Source: the human T2T-CHM13v2.0 reference genome, Homo sapiens
Reading direction: 5' to 3' (one strand)
Length of the DNA stretch: 64,000 nt
Assembly: GCF_009914755.1 (NCBI RefSeq)
Contig: NC_060925.1
Shown here one piece after another: positions 32,704-55,170 of the stretch. Each line of letters opens with the position of its first letter. The stretch's first letter is position 1. A model generated the notes under the pieces. It did not search any database. It was not told where the DNA came from and worked only from the letters and a program-made list of their open reading frames with translations. The translations under genes and the position numbers were made by a program.

Positions 32704-35640
32704 TCATTCAGGTCTTTGAATCTTGAAAAAGTGGCATGAAGATGCATGACAGTTTAGAAATTATTCATAGTGCAGTAGCATTGGCACTGAGAGTCCAATG
32801 GTGGCCATGTTGACTGGTGCCAATGTCATTGGTGGCACCCTAACTAGACTACTCTTTGCTTGGGGTGTTCTGTTGCAAGAAATCCTTAATTTCAGACTGT
32901 TTTCTGACCCTGGATTTTGAGCTTTTTAGCTGATTCTGTAAGCAACCCAGTCACTATCTTATAATTTGTTTTCTGCTTAGGTTAGCCAGAGAAGATTTTT
33001 GTTTAAAACCAGTCAGACTTGGCTGATATCCCAAAGTCCTAATTGGGTTATAGAATGCAAATAGCCTCATCATCTGGCCTTAAGACCCCTTCATTCTTGT
33101 GTATTCTAGATAGAGCCAGTGTTTCGATTTCAGGCATGAGCCTTTGCCCACACAGAAAATAAAACTAGCATGACAGATTCTAGGAATAAGGTTTAGAGTG
33201 GCATTGAATGGAATCAACATTTTATTTGTGTTAACTCAGTATTTTTTGTATTGGCTTTCTCTTAGCCATTAAATTACTATCCTTTAAATATTACCTCAAT
33301 ATTGAAGAAAAATGTAGAGTTGTTAGAAAACGTCTATTTTCTTGCTAGAAACAAGCAACAGATAATCAGTGCCACATTGCAATTTTCCTAAATAAAAATG
33401 GCATATATTGAAACTGGGCCCTAGCAGGTCCAGAAAGCACAGACAAAATGTGTAAGCAGGCAATTCAGATTTCCATAATATCTGATCTCAAGAGAAAATG
33501 GTCCATAATTTTATAATCCATATCAATGTTTTCATTCCTTAAAATTTTCTGTCCTTCCTGAGGGATCTCTAGGTATTACATATTGCTAGAAAGAAGTTGT
33601 TTGTCATAATGAACCAGTAAATGACTTGAGTAAAAAGTAATTAATGACTTTGATATGTCACTAATGTCCTGACGAGTATCTCATAAGCTGAACATCTGAA
33701 ATTGTTCTTAAACTCATATATAGGATACTGGTTTCTATTATCCACATAGGGAACTAATATCTGGATTAGTAGTATTTTAGCCTGAGAACAAATGACTTCC
33801 TGGTCCTATTAATAAGTTAATTACTACTAATATATTATTAAATAAATTCATTTGCTACTACTAGTACTTTTACAATTCACTATTTAGCCTTATAAACTAT
33901 TGGGTCCATCCACCCCACCTCCATGATTATACCTGTGTATAGCAGCAACAAATATGACGTATTTTCACATGTGGTTTTCCTTGTTTGAATTCTCAAAAAT
34001 CTTATTCAAAGCAACAGGAAAAGATTCACTACAATATTTCCCAGTAAAACTTAATCCACAAAAATACAGACTCTCAAACCAATTCAAAGGGTTTTACTGT
34101 TGTATTTTTAAAATTTCACAATCTCATTATAAGACTATCACATGGTGAGTCCGGAGATTAGCATGAAGATGGAAGCCCAGTGCATGAGCTCCCTTTAAGA
34201 CTGGGATCTCAAATGAGTCTCTTTTAACCAGACTGATACTACTAGCAAAAGTCTATACAATATTTATTTTAATTAAAAACTTTGGCCTGGCTGTTAAAGT
34301 TTCGTAGGCCGTAAACTGATGCCATGAGGCTCTGATATGTTTCTTCCAAAACAAATAGAAACCATGTTAGGACTTCTTAACAGCCTTCATATTTTCAGAG
34401 AATCTGACTAGATATTTATTAGTGACATAATTATATTGGTTAAGTTATCATTTCATTTTTTTAAACAAATGAGATAACTCATTGTAGTGAAAAAGAATAT
34501 TAATTTGTATTTAAGTTTAGGTATAGCACCATACTAGATTTGAATAAACATTAGAATTGACTTATTACCTAAGAAAAGAGCAACAAATCAATAGGTAACC
34601 ATATCCAAATAGCAGAAATTTAAAAGGGTAAGTTTTACTGTATTCTTAAAAGTGTGTGGTTAATTCGTCTAATGTTTAAAGTAAAAACAACCTGTGGTAA
34701 AAATGTCTCAATTAGGATGACATTAGGGAAGGAAAGCGGGAAAATGGTTAAGCAAAGACAAAAATGTGATTTTTAAATTTCTGATCAAATAAGTAAGATA
34801 GAAATCTGCATAAAAATAAGAATGAATCTACATTATTGCATTACTTTTTTCCCATAACTATCACGGTGGTTGCTCAATGGGCCCACTGGCACAAATCCAA
34901 TAATGTGGACTTTTCCTCACCAAGGCTGATTTGGCTACTACCCCTGGTGACTGCCAAACCTGCCAAAAGTAGAGGCCAACACTGAGCTACTAACACAGCA
35001 ATGCTCCTTAGGGGATTAGTTCGAGCTAGCTGTGATTGTCCTCACAGGGGTAGACACATATTATAGACATGGATTTGCTATTCTACCAAAAGTTCTTCTG
35101 GTAGTTAAAATGTAGTTAATATATAGCATGAAGAATTACACATCAGAAGAGAGACAGCTGATGGACCTATTGCAATGAATGAATTAGATGAACACAGAGA
35201 AAATATTCACACAATTCTTGTAAAATACTGAGGCTATAAAAGTAAAGGGAAAATGATTTTTCACAGAACCTACCTTGAGTTACTGCCAAGACCTAAATGT
35301 TCCAAAGGTGGCTTAAAACATTTGATGAACTCAAAGTACAGCCAGGTTGTGTAGTCCTTAAGCTTTTGCTTCTTTATAGGTCTTCTTTAACAGATTTTAT
35401 ATTTTTAAAATGGCATGAATTATTAACACTATGAGTTATTAGATATAAAATACTGAAGAGAATGTACCTATTGACAGTTCCTGGAAATCCTAAATACAAC
35501 TGCATAATAGCTATTAGAGAAATGAACTGGCTTAATCTGAGCCAATGCCAAAGCTAAAATAGATAGCCAAAATATCTATGGTCTAGCAAGGAGACACATG
35601 CATAGGAAATAATGAGCAAAGAGATATCCGTACTACTCAC

Positions 35641-35748
35641 AGGAAGTCCCTGTTTTCCTGGTGGCCCAATTTTTCCAGGGTTTCCTGAAATGCCATCTGC
35701 TCCATGGTATCCTTGTATGCCTTTTGGCCCAAGTAGGCCTTGAAGTCC
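35641..35748 (-). CDS. COL24A1: Collagen XXIV exon, 108 bp (GLQGLLGPKGIQGYHGADGISGNPGKIGPPGKQGLP)
   Basis: aattatcaag|GGA...CCT|gtgagt; followed by a 30,341-bp intron (5300-35640). Confidence 0.96.
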
Positions 35749-36886
35749 CTTGATAATTAAAAATTATTTGGATTGTAGAGATGCTGAAAAGATGTTAAGA
35801 TGACAAATACTTTTTTATTTATTGAGCTGGAGAAGTTTACATTTTTATATTTTGTTCTAGGACAAATTTTCCTGTTTCCTGGATTCCTTAATGATTTACT
35901 ATTTGGATTCAACAGATAACTTTAAAAGTTTAAAAGCCTTTAAAAGTTCCCCAAACAAAAATGCCAAGCTGATCAGCAATTTACTGTGTAACTTTTGCGC
36001 CTTAGTGTAATTCTCTGGTGTTTCTTATTGTGTCAACCAATATTTTATATAATTGTGGAGAAAAGATCAGCTATATGCACCTGTCAGCTTAGGATAGAGG
36101 TTATCATTTCCCATCTGCCAAACCTTGTATTGTGTTATTTTCCCAAGAAATAAATTATGGCTATTCAGCTGCCACTTTGAATCAGATAATTATATGACTG
36201 AAGTAAGGTCTGAACATTTTGTTTCTACACTTGGGCAACTGAATTTCATATGCAAGGATCTCTGATCTGAATGTGCTTATAATTTACATTCATTTTCTCT
36301 ATTTTTTTTTCAAGCCAATACAAGTCACCCAAAGCAGGCATCTAATCCTTGGCTAGGGGACACCAGTAAAGTCTTTGCTAAAGAGCCAGTCAACACTTAT
36401 CTGCCTGGCCAGGAGAGGAAACTGATGGTGAGGTAAAAGTTAATCTTTGTGATGAAAAGATTAAATTTTTTTTCCTAAGACTTTTTATTTGTCTAGAGAA
36501 TGAGAGGCTGAGTCCTCTAAAATCTAGCTCATGTCATTTTAATTATGCTTGAAGATCTCTGGCCTTTGTCACCATTCATTTTGTTACGATTCTAAGTTCT
36601 CTGTTTTTCAGTGGTTCACCGTCAGAAGCATGAGTCCACCGGGAGGGCTTCATAACCAGGAAAATAGCATCCTTCAACTGCAGGGACTTATATTTAAACA
36701 GCAAGTTTGGTTTTGAGTTAATGGTCATATTTTGTTCCCTCTGTGTTCCAGCATGGGTTTAATTTTTTTAAAAGACAATCTGATTTATCCAACATGATGA
36801 CACAATTGGCCCCAAACTTTTCTGCTTGCTAAAGTTGCCAGTTCCATTTAGAAAAGCAAGAAAGATGAAAGAGGCCTGTTACTTAC

Positions 36887-36940
36887 AGGAATCCCAGGTT
36901 TCCCAGAAGGACCAGGAGCTCCTTTTTTCCCCTTATTACC
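36887..36940 (-). CDS. COL24A1: Collagen XXIV exon, 54 bp (GNKGKKGAPGPSGKPGIP)
   Basis: catctttag|GGT...CCT|gtaagt. Confidence 0.96.
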
Positions 36941-38701
36941 CTAAAGATGGAAAGCACAGTTGTCAATTGACTGTAATAATCTTACTTAAACTGAAGCCAT
37001 AGAAAAGGACACTGAGACCTGGACGCTGCAGCAAGAACTAGCACGAACTAGTTGTATATCATTAGGATTGCCATTTAATTTTCCTGGGAGTCAGCTTCTT
37101 CATCTGAAAATGAGAAACTTTGACAAGATCATCTAGTAATTTCCTTGTAGCTCTCAATTATATGATTTAAGAATTTAAACTGTACTTCTAAAAGGGACCT
37201 GAATAGATTATTTAATAAATGTCCCTACTTTCAGGAAGGGCCTTGATCTCCTTTTGAAAATGCTACATATTTACTTAATTCAGTAAACATTTATTGAGTA
37301 TCATGTATCAGGGACTCTGTCATGCGCTTGGAAGGCAAAGGCAAAGTTCCTCCTTACAAGGCACTTACAGTGTGGTAAGAAGAACATGAACTGATAGCCT
37401 AAAATGTGCTTTTCTGGAAGAATAGAGAAGAGCATACTTGTGATTCAAGGAAAAGATATTTATTTCCCACGGAACTGTTTGTTTTTCCATGTGTGAGATG
37501 TTTTAAATCATAATTGATTCAGCAGTAATGGGTCTGCCAGGATAGTTAGGAACTTTGCTCTTGCAAATCATGCCATTGTTCTGATGACATTCTAAAAGTA
37601 TTTAAAGAAGAAAATGTGGAAAAGGTGACTTGGTTCACAAATAAGAAAAGGAATCATGTTGTCATTACCAGACACATTTCTCAGAAATCATCAGAAGTTC
37701 TCACAAACAGGATAATCCCACTAAAATGGGATGTTAAATCATTCAATTTTGAAGACAAATTGTGCTAAAGATTCAGTTTAATAATAACAACAAAGAAACA
37801 ACTTCAAAAGATGTTACTTTTTTGACAACCAGCTTAAACATTTTATGAAGAAATAGTATATGTTGTCACAGAGAAAAAGAGCATCTTCTCTAAGAGATAA
37901 AAATCCAACTTTTGCAGGATTTGACAATGGGGAGATATAAGGATCATGGGTTGTACTTCCAACTTTGAAAACTATTGTACTTGTCTTAGAAGTCACTAAT
38001 GCAAAATGTTTCTAAAGATGAGGAAACCAGAAAATGGGATAGTTAGTGACCTGGGTTTAATTAAAGTATACACATTTCTAGAGCATATGATCCCTATAAG
38101 TAAAATATGTTTTTCCTAACACAATAAAAAAGCAAAATAAACAAAGACTATTTTAAATAGTGGAAAAAAGTTGTGATTTCAGTCATCTTGAAATACTTAT
38201 TAAATAGCATATGAATCATAATATGCAATTATGTTAATCAGTGTGTTTTTTCCTTTACAGTATTTCTTTTTATGCAACGAGATATATCTGTTCTATACTT
38301 TTGATTTTTCAAAATAGACTTTTCCTTGGCTTTTGAATTTTAAAATAGTCCAATGAAACTCATGGTGGGGGTAACAGTTTGAAAAAAATATGTTTTCAGT
38401 TTCAAAATCATGTTTTTTAAACACAAAAGCCTGACTCTTAAATATTAAAAGTCTATCTTTGAGTTAAAAACCAAGGTTTGTTATAAAGGACTCAAGTCAT
38501 AAAATTTATGCTATAAAGAACAGATTTAAAATAATAATAATAATGTAACAAAGAGTTTTTCCCATGAAAGGGGATAAAGATCCTCAAGCTGGGGAAAGGG
38601 AAAAGAAGAAGAAAAAGAGAAGCGGGACTGTTAGACACTGACGGCAATCTCTGAAAAGAGCCCCTTGCCCCTCATCCTACCCTTGAGTCTTTCTCTTTTC
38701 C

Positions 38702-39115
<414 letters not shown>

Positions 39116-41507
39116 TAAAGTACATAGAGTAAAAATCTCTGCATGACATGTCTAGGACAGTGGGATTAAGAATGTCTTTCTGAGTCCTCCAAGTACCCTG
39201 TATGGTGTGGGGAGCAGAGAATGTTATTTATATGTGGCCAAGAACAGAAGAAGATGGCCCTGAGAGGCCTGAGGAGGTCTTGTACCTGAGATGAGCAAAT
39301 AGCTGCACATGCCAGCATAGGTCAAAATACTTCTGGCAGGAGGGCCAAGGTAGATGCCAATACGGTGAGACAATAGCAACTGTGGGCCAAAAGTGATGAT
39401 GTGCATTTCAGGGGACACTAGTGTGAACAGATGATGACTGAAGACTAAACTTATTTTCCACCTGCCTTCCCTACCATCTGTAACTCCAAATTTGAAAAGA
39501 GTGAGTGGGGAAAACTCTAAATCAAATGTAGGATATTTGAGTGAATGGGGTTAAAGGCAGTCAATGGATTAGATTTACAGTACATATAAAATTGTGCTTT
39601 CTTTTTGCCTGGCCAGCACTGAAAAATATGTAGAGTGGCCCATTTGAAATCAGATCCATTTTGAAAGGCTTCTGTTCATTGGAACTGTGCTGGTTCACAG
39701 ACTACTAGAGAAAGCAGTCTGATTCTTTTGATAAGGGAAATATTTTTTAATATGCAACGTTAATACAAACGCTTGTTTTTTGTTTGTTTAAATGAGGCTG
39801 AAGGACAGTTATCTAGATACTTCACTAGTTCTAACACTCTTTAAGAAGGCAGCTTTATAAAGCAAAAATAGATTTAGAGAGTTAAGCAAAAATTATTCTT
39901 TCTTTTTTCACCAAGAAATTTCAATTCATTGAAATCTGGAATTTTGTTTTGGGAGAACAAATATTTTGGCTTGAGTCTTGGTCTTTGAGAGTCATTATAG
40001 GACAGTTCACTCACATTTGCATTACAAAAGTCTTTTAAAAAATGTTGGTTCTGCAATTGGTTTTGACTTGCTCTAAATTTTTCTTTATAGCTGCCCACAG
40101 TCTTATGCCCAATGAATGAATTGGTTGGTTAGGTTAAATTAATCATATTTTACTTAATTTTTAAAAGATTACAAGTAATAGGCTTCTTCATAATAACAGG
40201 AGCTAGGAAATAAAGTTTCTAGTGTTGTTTCTGTTGCTAATTAGTTCTGTGATTTTAGGTAACTCATAATCTCTCTGGGATTTTAATTTCTTCATTTGAA
40301 AATTAAGAGGGTTATCCAGATAATTTTAAAGGGTCATTTCCAAATCTAAAAAATAAATTTAAAGCTTTGCAAAAACAAGATGACAGCAATTGGACAGGAC
40401 CCATCTGGCCACTGAAGGTGTCCCTAGTGAATAATACACAGTCAGTCATTATTCTTGTAGCAATTAATACTATTTTAAATTCTAAGAGGCTTTTTAATGT
40501 GCCCTTGGGTTGTATGCCAGCATTACCCAAAGCAGGGAAGAACTAGCTTGCCTGGATTATACAGAATTTAAACTATGGCTTCTTAGCACCTTTTAGCTCC
40601 AACACGCAGGGATTGTTGACCATGTAGGCTAGAGAGGCAGTTGACTAGTAAAAGTATTTGATATTCATTAGCCTAATTTTAACATATACTAATAAGCATC
40701 AGAAAATGTCTTACTCCTGAGACCTCTCAAGATGGAAAAAGAAAGCCTGCAAATATGAAAGTATTAATTGTAAAAAAGTAGATACTTTCGGATCAAATGT
40801 TGGACAGAACTTGCATTCTTAGGCACTTACTGCAAATATAAGGAAGTAGCATGACAGCAGTAGCAGTATTCTAGGTTCCCAATGTTTTCTATGACTTTTT
40901 CCAATTTGAGTATTAAAAATTCTAAGTGAATGACTTAACTATCTTCTTTCTCTGCTTGTTTAGGCTTATCTTCGATATGATATTTTTATTTATTAATATT
41001 ATTTATTGGGGAACCTAACAGAAAGTTACTGAATAGATGCCAAGACTATACAAAATGGGTTCTAGGTAAGTGAATGCCTATTTAACATATCTGATTCAAC
41101 CCCATTTTATTACTTACTCCCATAAGTGGAAAACACAAATATGGGTGAAGGCTGCTTAACAAATCAGGAGAAACACAATCTCAAATCATTACTTTTTATT
41201 CATTCTCATCTAATTTATTATTAACAGTGTAGTGCATTTTCTTAAGAATTTAATTTGAAATCAATAGCATGTGAAGTCAGAATGCCTGAAAAACAGGGCA
41301 GCAATGAATTGAAGGTGCAAATGACAAAGTTGCTTGCTATTTAAAGTTGAGGCAATGTCTATCTGGCCACATGGAAAGAGAAGACTAAATTCAGTAAACC
41401 AACAGATTTTTAGTTTGCTTGATAAGATTTGCCTTATGAAAAAACAACTTTCAAACCAATTATGAGCCTGTGTTACATAGTCAAACTACTTTTTCCTCTC
41501 TTATCCT

Positions 41508-42018
41508 ATGACAATGATTCTTTGCTTGGTCAAACTTTAGTCAGGCTCCTGAACCTTCTAAGCCCTCCGTGTACTTCCTTGTAAAATCCAGTTTTAGCAA
41601 CGAACCCTGCCAAGTCGGTTTAGCAAGAACCTTCACCCTTGATATCTGATCACCCTTGATATTTGATATCTAACTGGGTTCCTCATCCTCTACCATCCCC
41701 CAGTTGATGTCTGATTATCCCACAGTTGATGTCTGGTCACCTTGGCCTGTCTTCAGCAAAATTCTTGTTAGGTCAGTTTAACCAAAATTCCCCTGGCCCC
41801 TGGTGTTTCCTCTTAAGTAATTTTCCATTCACTCATACTCAATCTGCTCCTTTGTTATAAATTCCTACTTGCCCATGCTATATTTGGTGTTGAGTCCAAT
41901 CTCTCTTCCCCATTGCAAAATCCCATTGCAGTGGTCGCTATACCTATTGTAATAGTCATGAACAAAGTCTTCCTTACCATGCTTTAACAATTATCATTTA
42001 ATAATTTTTTCTTTAATG
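41508..42018 (+). mobile_element. MER31-like ERV1 solo LTR
   Basis: tgacaatgattctttgcttggtcaaactttagtcaggctcctgaaccttc start. Confidence 0.75.
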
Positions 42019-42388
42019 CTTTCTACAACAATTATATAGGTTTGACTGATTTTTTTTACCTTATAATACTAGTTTTAAGGTTTGCTGGTATTTCTGTTTG
42101 AAACCTCAAGAACATACTATTAATTTGAGACAACTGAGGCAATTTTCACAAAGCTAGAATAGGCTTCTGGAAAAGAAAAATTTGGATAATAGTCAAAACA
42201 AATGACTCAATCAATAATTTTGTATTAGCACAATTATTGAAAAACACCCTACTTAGAGGCCCATAGTGATCCATATTCTACAGTGATAAATGATAATTTG
42301 AATTACAATAAATAGTAACTCCTTGTGCTCCTGCTTTCTAAAATTGCTAACAATACATCTCAAATTGCCTTAAATAATTTCAACTTAC

Positions 42389-42442
42389 TTCAGATCCTCT
42401 CTCTCCTTTTAGTCCTTGTTCACCCTGGTCACCTGGTTCGCC
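42389..42442 (-). CDS. COL24A1: Collagen XXIV exon, 54 bp (GEPGDQGEQGLKGERGSE)
   Basis: ttctactaaag|GGC...GAA|gtaagt; the upstream intron is 95 bp. Confidence 0.96.
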
Positions 42443-42537
42443 CTTTAGTAGAAACCAAAATAAAAATCACATATGAAGCAGAGACCAAATAAGTTATGTT
42501 AATGTTAATTTTTAGAAATAATGCTTTCAAAACATAC

Positions 42538-42591
42538 TGGGGGTCCTTGTTGTCCAGTGGCACCTCTTAGTCCTGGTACACCCACATGGCC
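42538..42591 (-). CDS. COL24A1: Collagen XXIV exon, 54 bp (GHVGVPGLRGATGQQGPP)
   Basis: tatttctag|GGC...CCA|gtatgt. Confidence 0.96.
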
Positions 42592-42826
42592 CTAGAAATA
42601 GAAAAGATTACATTATTAGAGTAAGTAGAGACATGTGACTTAAGAGAATAGGATACTATCACTTAAAATGGTAGCAAAGTGTTGCAAAGCTCAACTTAAA
42701 TGTCGTAGAGATTATGATTCTTCTTGGAAATAGAAAAGAACATAATAGCTGTTGGATATTATGGTAGCTGAAAACAAGTTAGGGTTTTCTTTCTTTCTTT
42801 CTTTCTTTTTTTTTAATGTGAATTAA

Positions 42827-43272
42827 TGTAGCAGGCTGAATGGTGGCCTCCCAAATGTTCGTCTATGTCCCAATCCCCAGAATCTGTGAATGTGATCTTG
42901 TTTGGAAAAAGGGTCTTTGCAGATGTCACTAAGTTAAGGATCTCAAGATAAGATTATCCTGGATTATCCATGTGGGCCCTAAATCCACTAAAGAGCATAA
43001 GTGACACAGAGGTAGACTGACACAGACAACAGAGGAGAAGGCCAGGTGAAGACAGAGGCAGAGATTGGAGAGATGCGGTCATAGGAATGCTGACAGCCAC
43101 TAGAAACTGGAGGAGGCAGGAGTGTGGCCCTAGAGCCTCTAGAGGGAGCGTGGCCCTGTTGATCCCTTGATTTTGGATTTCTGGTCTCTAGAACTGAGAA
43201 AATTACATATCTATTGTTGTAAGCCACCCATTTTGTGGTAATTTGTTATAGCAGCCTCAGGAAACTAATATA
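42827..43272 (+). mobile_element. MLT1 (B/C-like) MaLR LTR
   Basis: gggtctttgcagatg...gggccctaaatcc...ttgttatagcagcctcaggaaactaata. Confidence 0.88.
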
Positions 43273-43754
43273 GTCAATAACCAAAGGAACAGAGTTTGAG
43301 AATACATTTCTTTTTCAACCTCTTCCTCCTCCGAAAGTGTACTATGGTCTCCATTTTTACAAACTAACTTCACAACTATTTGGACGGTAGATTTACTGGG
43401 CTGAAGACTGGGAGCAGTTACTGGGAGGTATTACTATAATACCAAGAAACACCACATGACTCTGACATTCGGCAATCTGTCGTCACCTTAGTTCTCCTAA
43501 GAAGGAATGCTGACCTACCACATTTCCCTTTTCAAGTGTGTAAATAGAAACTAGCAACAACCCAGAAGCGTGTCAGATGAGAGTTATGCAGGAATAATTC
43601 TGCGTGTAAATTCTTTTATCCCTTTTCCTACTCAATCAGATTTCTTTCTCCCTATTTTCATACGTTACAGAAAGAATGCCTTAGGAAAGAGTTATCAGTC
43701 CCATCTCCTGGGCTAGAAGATGAGATTGCATACATAGGCTAACAATATTTATTC

Positions 43755-49790
<6,036 letters not shown>

Positions 49791-50642
49791 AACAACAATA
49801 TTTATTCTTACAGCAAAGTCAGTTGAAGGCTTCTTTGTTTGCATTCTGAGGCAAATGTTTACGGTTTAAGTTTCAACTTCCCGATAAAGAAAATGAAATC
49901 TGTTTAAGGAAGTGAAGAGTGGCAAGAGAGAAAGGCTAGTCTTGAGAGCTTCTATATAGCCCATGACCACACTAACGGAAAAACCATGATCACACACGAG
50001 CCTTAGCAAAACATGAGCAGAGCCAGCAATTAACAGAATCTGGTCAATCAAGACGGAGTGTGGTACAAGTAAATGTGACTACTTGAAGGTCACTTATCAA
50101 ACAGGATTCAGGAAAGAAGTGGCTGGTGAAAAGCTGGAGGTGAAGTAAGAGTGAGAATATGAGCAAACTACAAAACTCTAAACCATCATGCCCAATTATG
50201 GCTTTTCCACCATCCCTGTATGTAGTTCTACAGAAATATTTTCAGAGTGATCATAGAATAGCCAACTGCCTCTCCTGGCTTTGTGAAGTATGACTGTAAA
50301 TCTCACCAAGACAAACCTGCATTCTAAGAGTTTTGTTACAATTACTTTGGTTTATCACTCTAAAAATTGACTATGACCATTTTTCTGTATTGGTAAAAAT
50401 TAAATGTGCCATAGAAAATGTTATTACAAAATTATTCAGGAGAGGTTATGGAAAGTGATGGAACTTGTCAGATAATATTAGTGGTGGGATGAGTTGAATG
50501 GCCAAAGGAACTTACAGAAGATTTTATAAGGGAAGTGATAAGTTCAATCTTGAAGAATGAGTGTTCCGGGCAGTAAAGTGAGGACATTCTGGCAGAGGCA
50601 ATAGCATGGGAAATAAAGGGATGCATCTGACAGAACATGTTA

Positions 50643-52993
<2,351 letters not shown>

Positions 52994-53967
52994 AAAAAAT
53001 GGTGAGAGCCTGAACTAAAGTAGGACAAAGTAACTAGATTCCAGAAACATTTAAGAATCAAAAGAAGTGGCTGACTGTGAGACATGAGTAGGGGTATGGG
53101 GAAGAAAAAGAGATTCATAGAGACAGAGTGAGTGAGTGAGAGAGAGAGATTGAGAGAGAGACAGAGAGAGGGAGAAAGAAAGAGAAAGAAAGAGAGACAG
53201 AGGATTCATCTACTGGTTTAGACATCTGAATGGCTGGTGATACTATTCACTGAATTGAGGACATAACAAGAGGAAGATCAGATTAAATTTGGAAAGGATG
53301 AGGTACTATGGTTTGGCACTTACTGAGTTTGAGGTGCCTGTGATGATGTCCAATAGCTATTTAGATGTGTATGTCTGATGCTAAGGAGTGAAGGCCAAGT
53401 TGGGATTTAGTTATTTCATTGTGTGTAAAAATTCTATGACCATTGCCAGCCCCCCTCCGCCCACAGCAAAAAGAACTTTGAGATGCAACATAATTTATTC
53501 AAAGTATTTCTGGGACTTCATCTCTCCTAAGTTTAGCTTGAGTTAATCTTGGCTATTTATGTTTCCATTTATACCTTTAAATAAAGTGTTTCCATTTATA
53601 CCTTTAAAAAGTGGCTGTTGCCAGGATAATACATTTATTCCCTCCATGTCCTCTGGCTCTCAAGCGTCAAATAAATTTATCTTGATCTATGTGATGTACA
53701 GTTTTAGTACAGTTTATAGCAGGATGACAGCTATAATTGCTTTTCCTTTTATGAAATAACATGAAATAGCTGTACATATTTTATAGCTAAAATTCACTAT
53801 GTTTATTTTTATACTGATTAAGTGTTCTTATTCTCCATGTTTTTTATATATATGATGTCCATGGGGGCAGAGACTGTGTCTGGGATGTCCAATGTAATAT
53901 CCATGGCCCCTAGCTCTTCTCCTGGCCCATGGCAGACACTCAAATACAAGCTTAATGACCAGAGACA

Positions 53968-54275
<308 letters not shown>

Positions 54276-54677
54276 CAGAGACACAGTTTTTAGAAATGTT
54301 ATCATACATAACACATAAAGTATGTCAGTACAACTAAGTATTCGTTAATAATAATGAGCAGGACCCTTGACTTTGGTCAAAGATGTTTGTGACTATAAAC
54401 ATGTTTTTTAAAAGCCAGGTGATTATTCAGTCATAAAGACAATAAAATATTGATATATTTTATAACATGGATGAACTTTTAAAACACTGTGCCAGACACA
54501 AAAGGCTACATGTATAATTCTATTTATATGAAATATCCAGAATACAGAAATCCAGAGACAAAAAGAAAAAGGTTTCCAGGGGCTTGGGGGAATAGGGAGT
54601 GACTGCCTAATGAGTATGGGGCTTCCTTTTGGAAGTGTTGAAAATGTTTGGAACTAGACAATGGTGATGGTTGCACA

Positions 54678-55170
54678 TGATGGCGTTCAAGACACACTAC
54701 CCCAAAATATGGCATCTCGGAATATTGAATATTTTAAGCTGAAGCAATCTGAGGAATGGCATGTGCAGAGAGGACTTTCTTACCTTCCTTTGATGCAGGT
54801 CATAAGACACATGTGAGAGGTGTCTCCCTATACCTGGAGGAAAGGAGCATCCTCATCTCCAAAAACGAAGGGACACAGAGAATAATCTGAATGAACAGTC
54901 CTTGCTAAGTTTTCCCCAGTTTACTAATCTTAACCCATACCTTTGCCCTATCACATTCTTCTAAGACTTCCTCATCAAACCTAGCATAAAAGTATTCAGG
55001 TTTAACTGTTTCTTTGGAGCTTTATTTCTTTATGAAGGCTCCCGTGTTACATATAATTTATATGAAATTAATCTGTATGCTTTTCTCTTGTTAATCTGCC
55101 TTTTGTTACCAAGTCCCCAGCCAAGAATTCAGAAGGGCAGAAGAAAAGATATTTTTCCTCCCTTGCCCAC
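54678..55170 (+). mobile_element. MER34-like ERV1 LTR inserted in an L1M 3' fragment (~54400-55262)
   Basis: ctaccccaaaatatggca...attgaatattttaagctgaag; splits L1M ggttgcaca|acaatgtgaatgtac. Confidence 0.65.
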
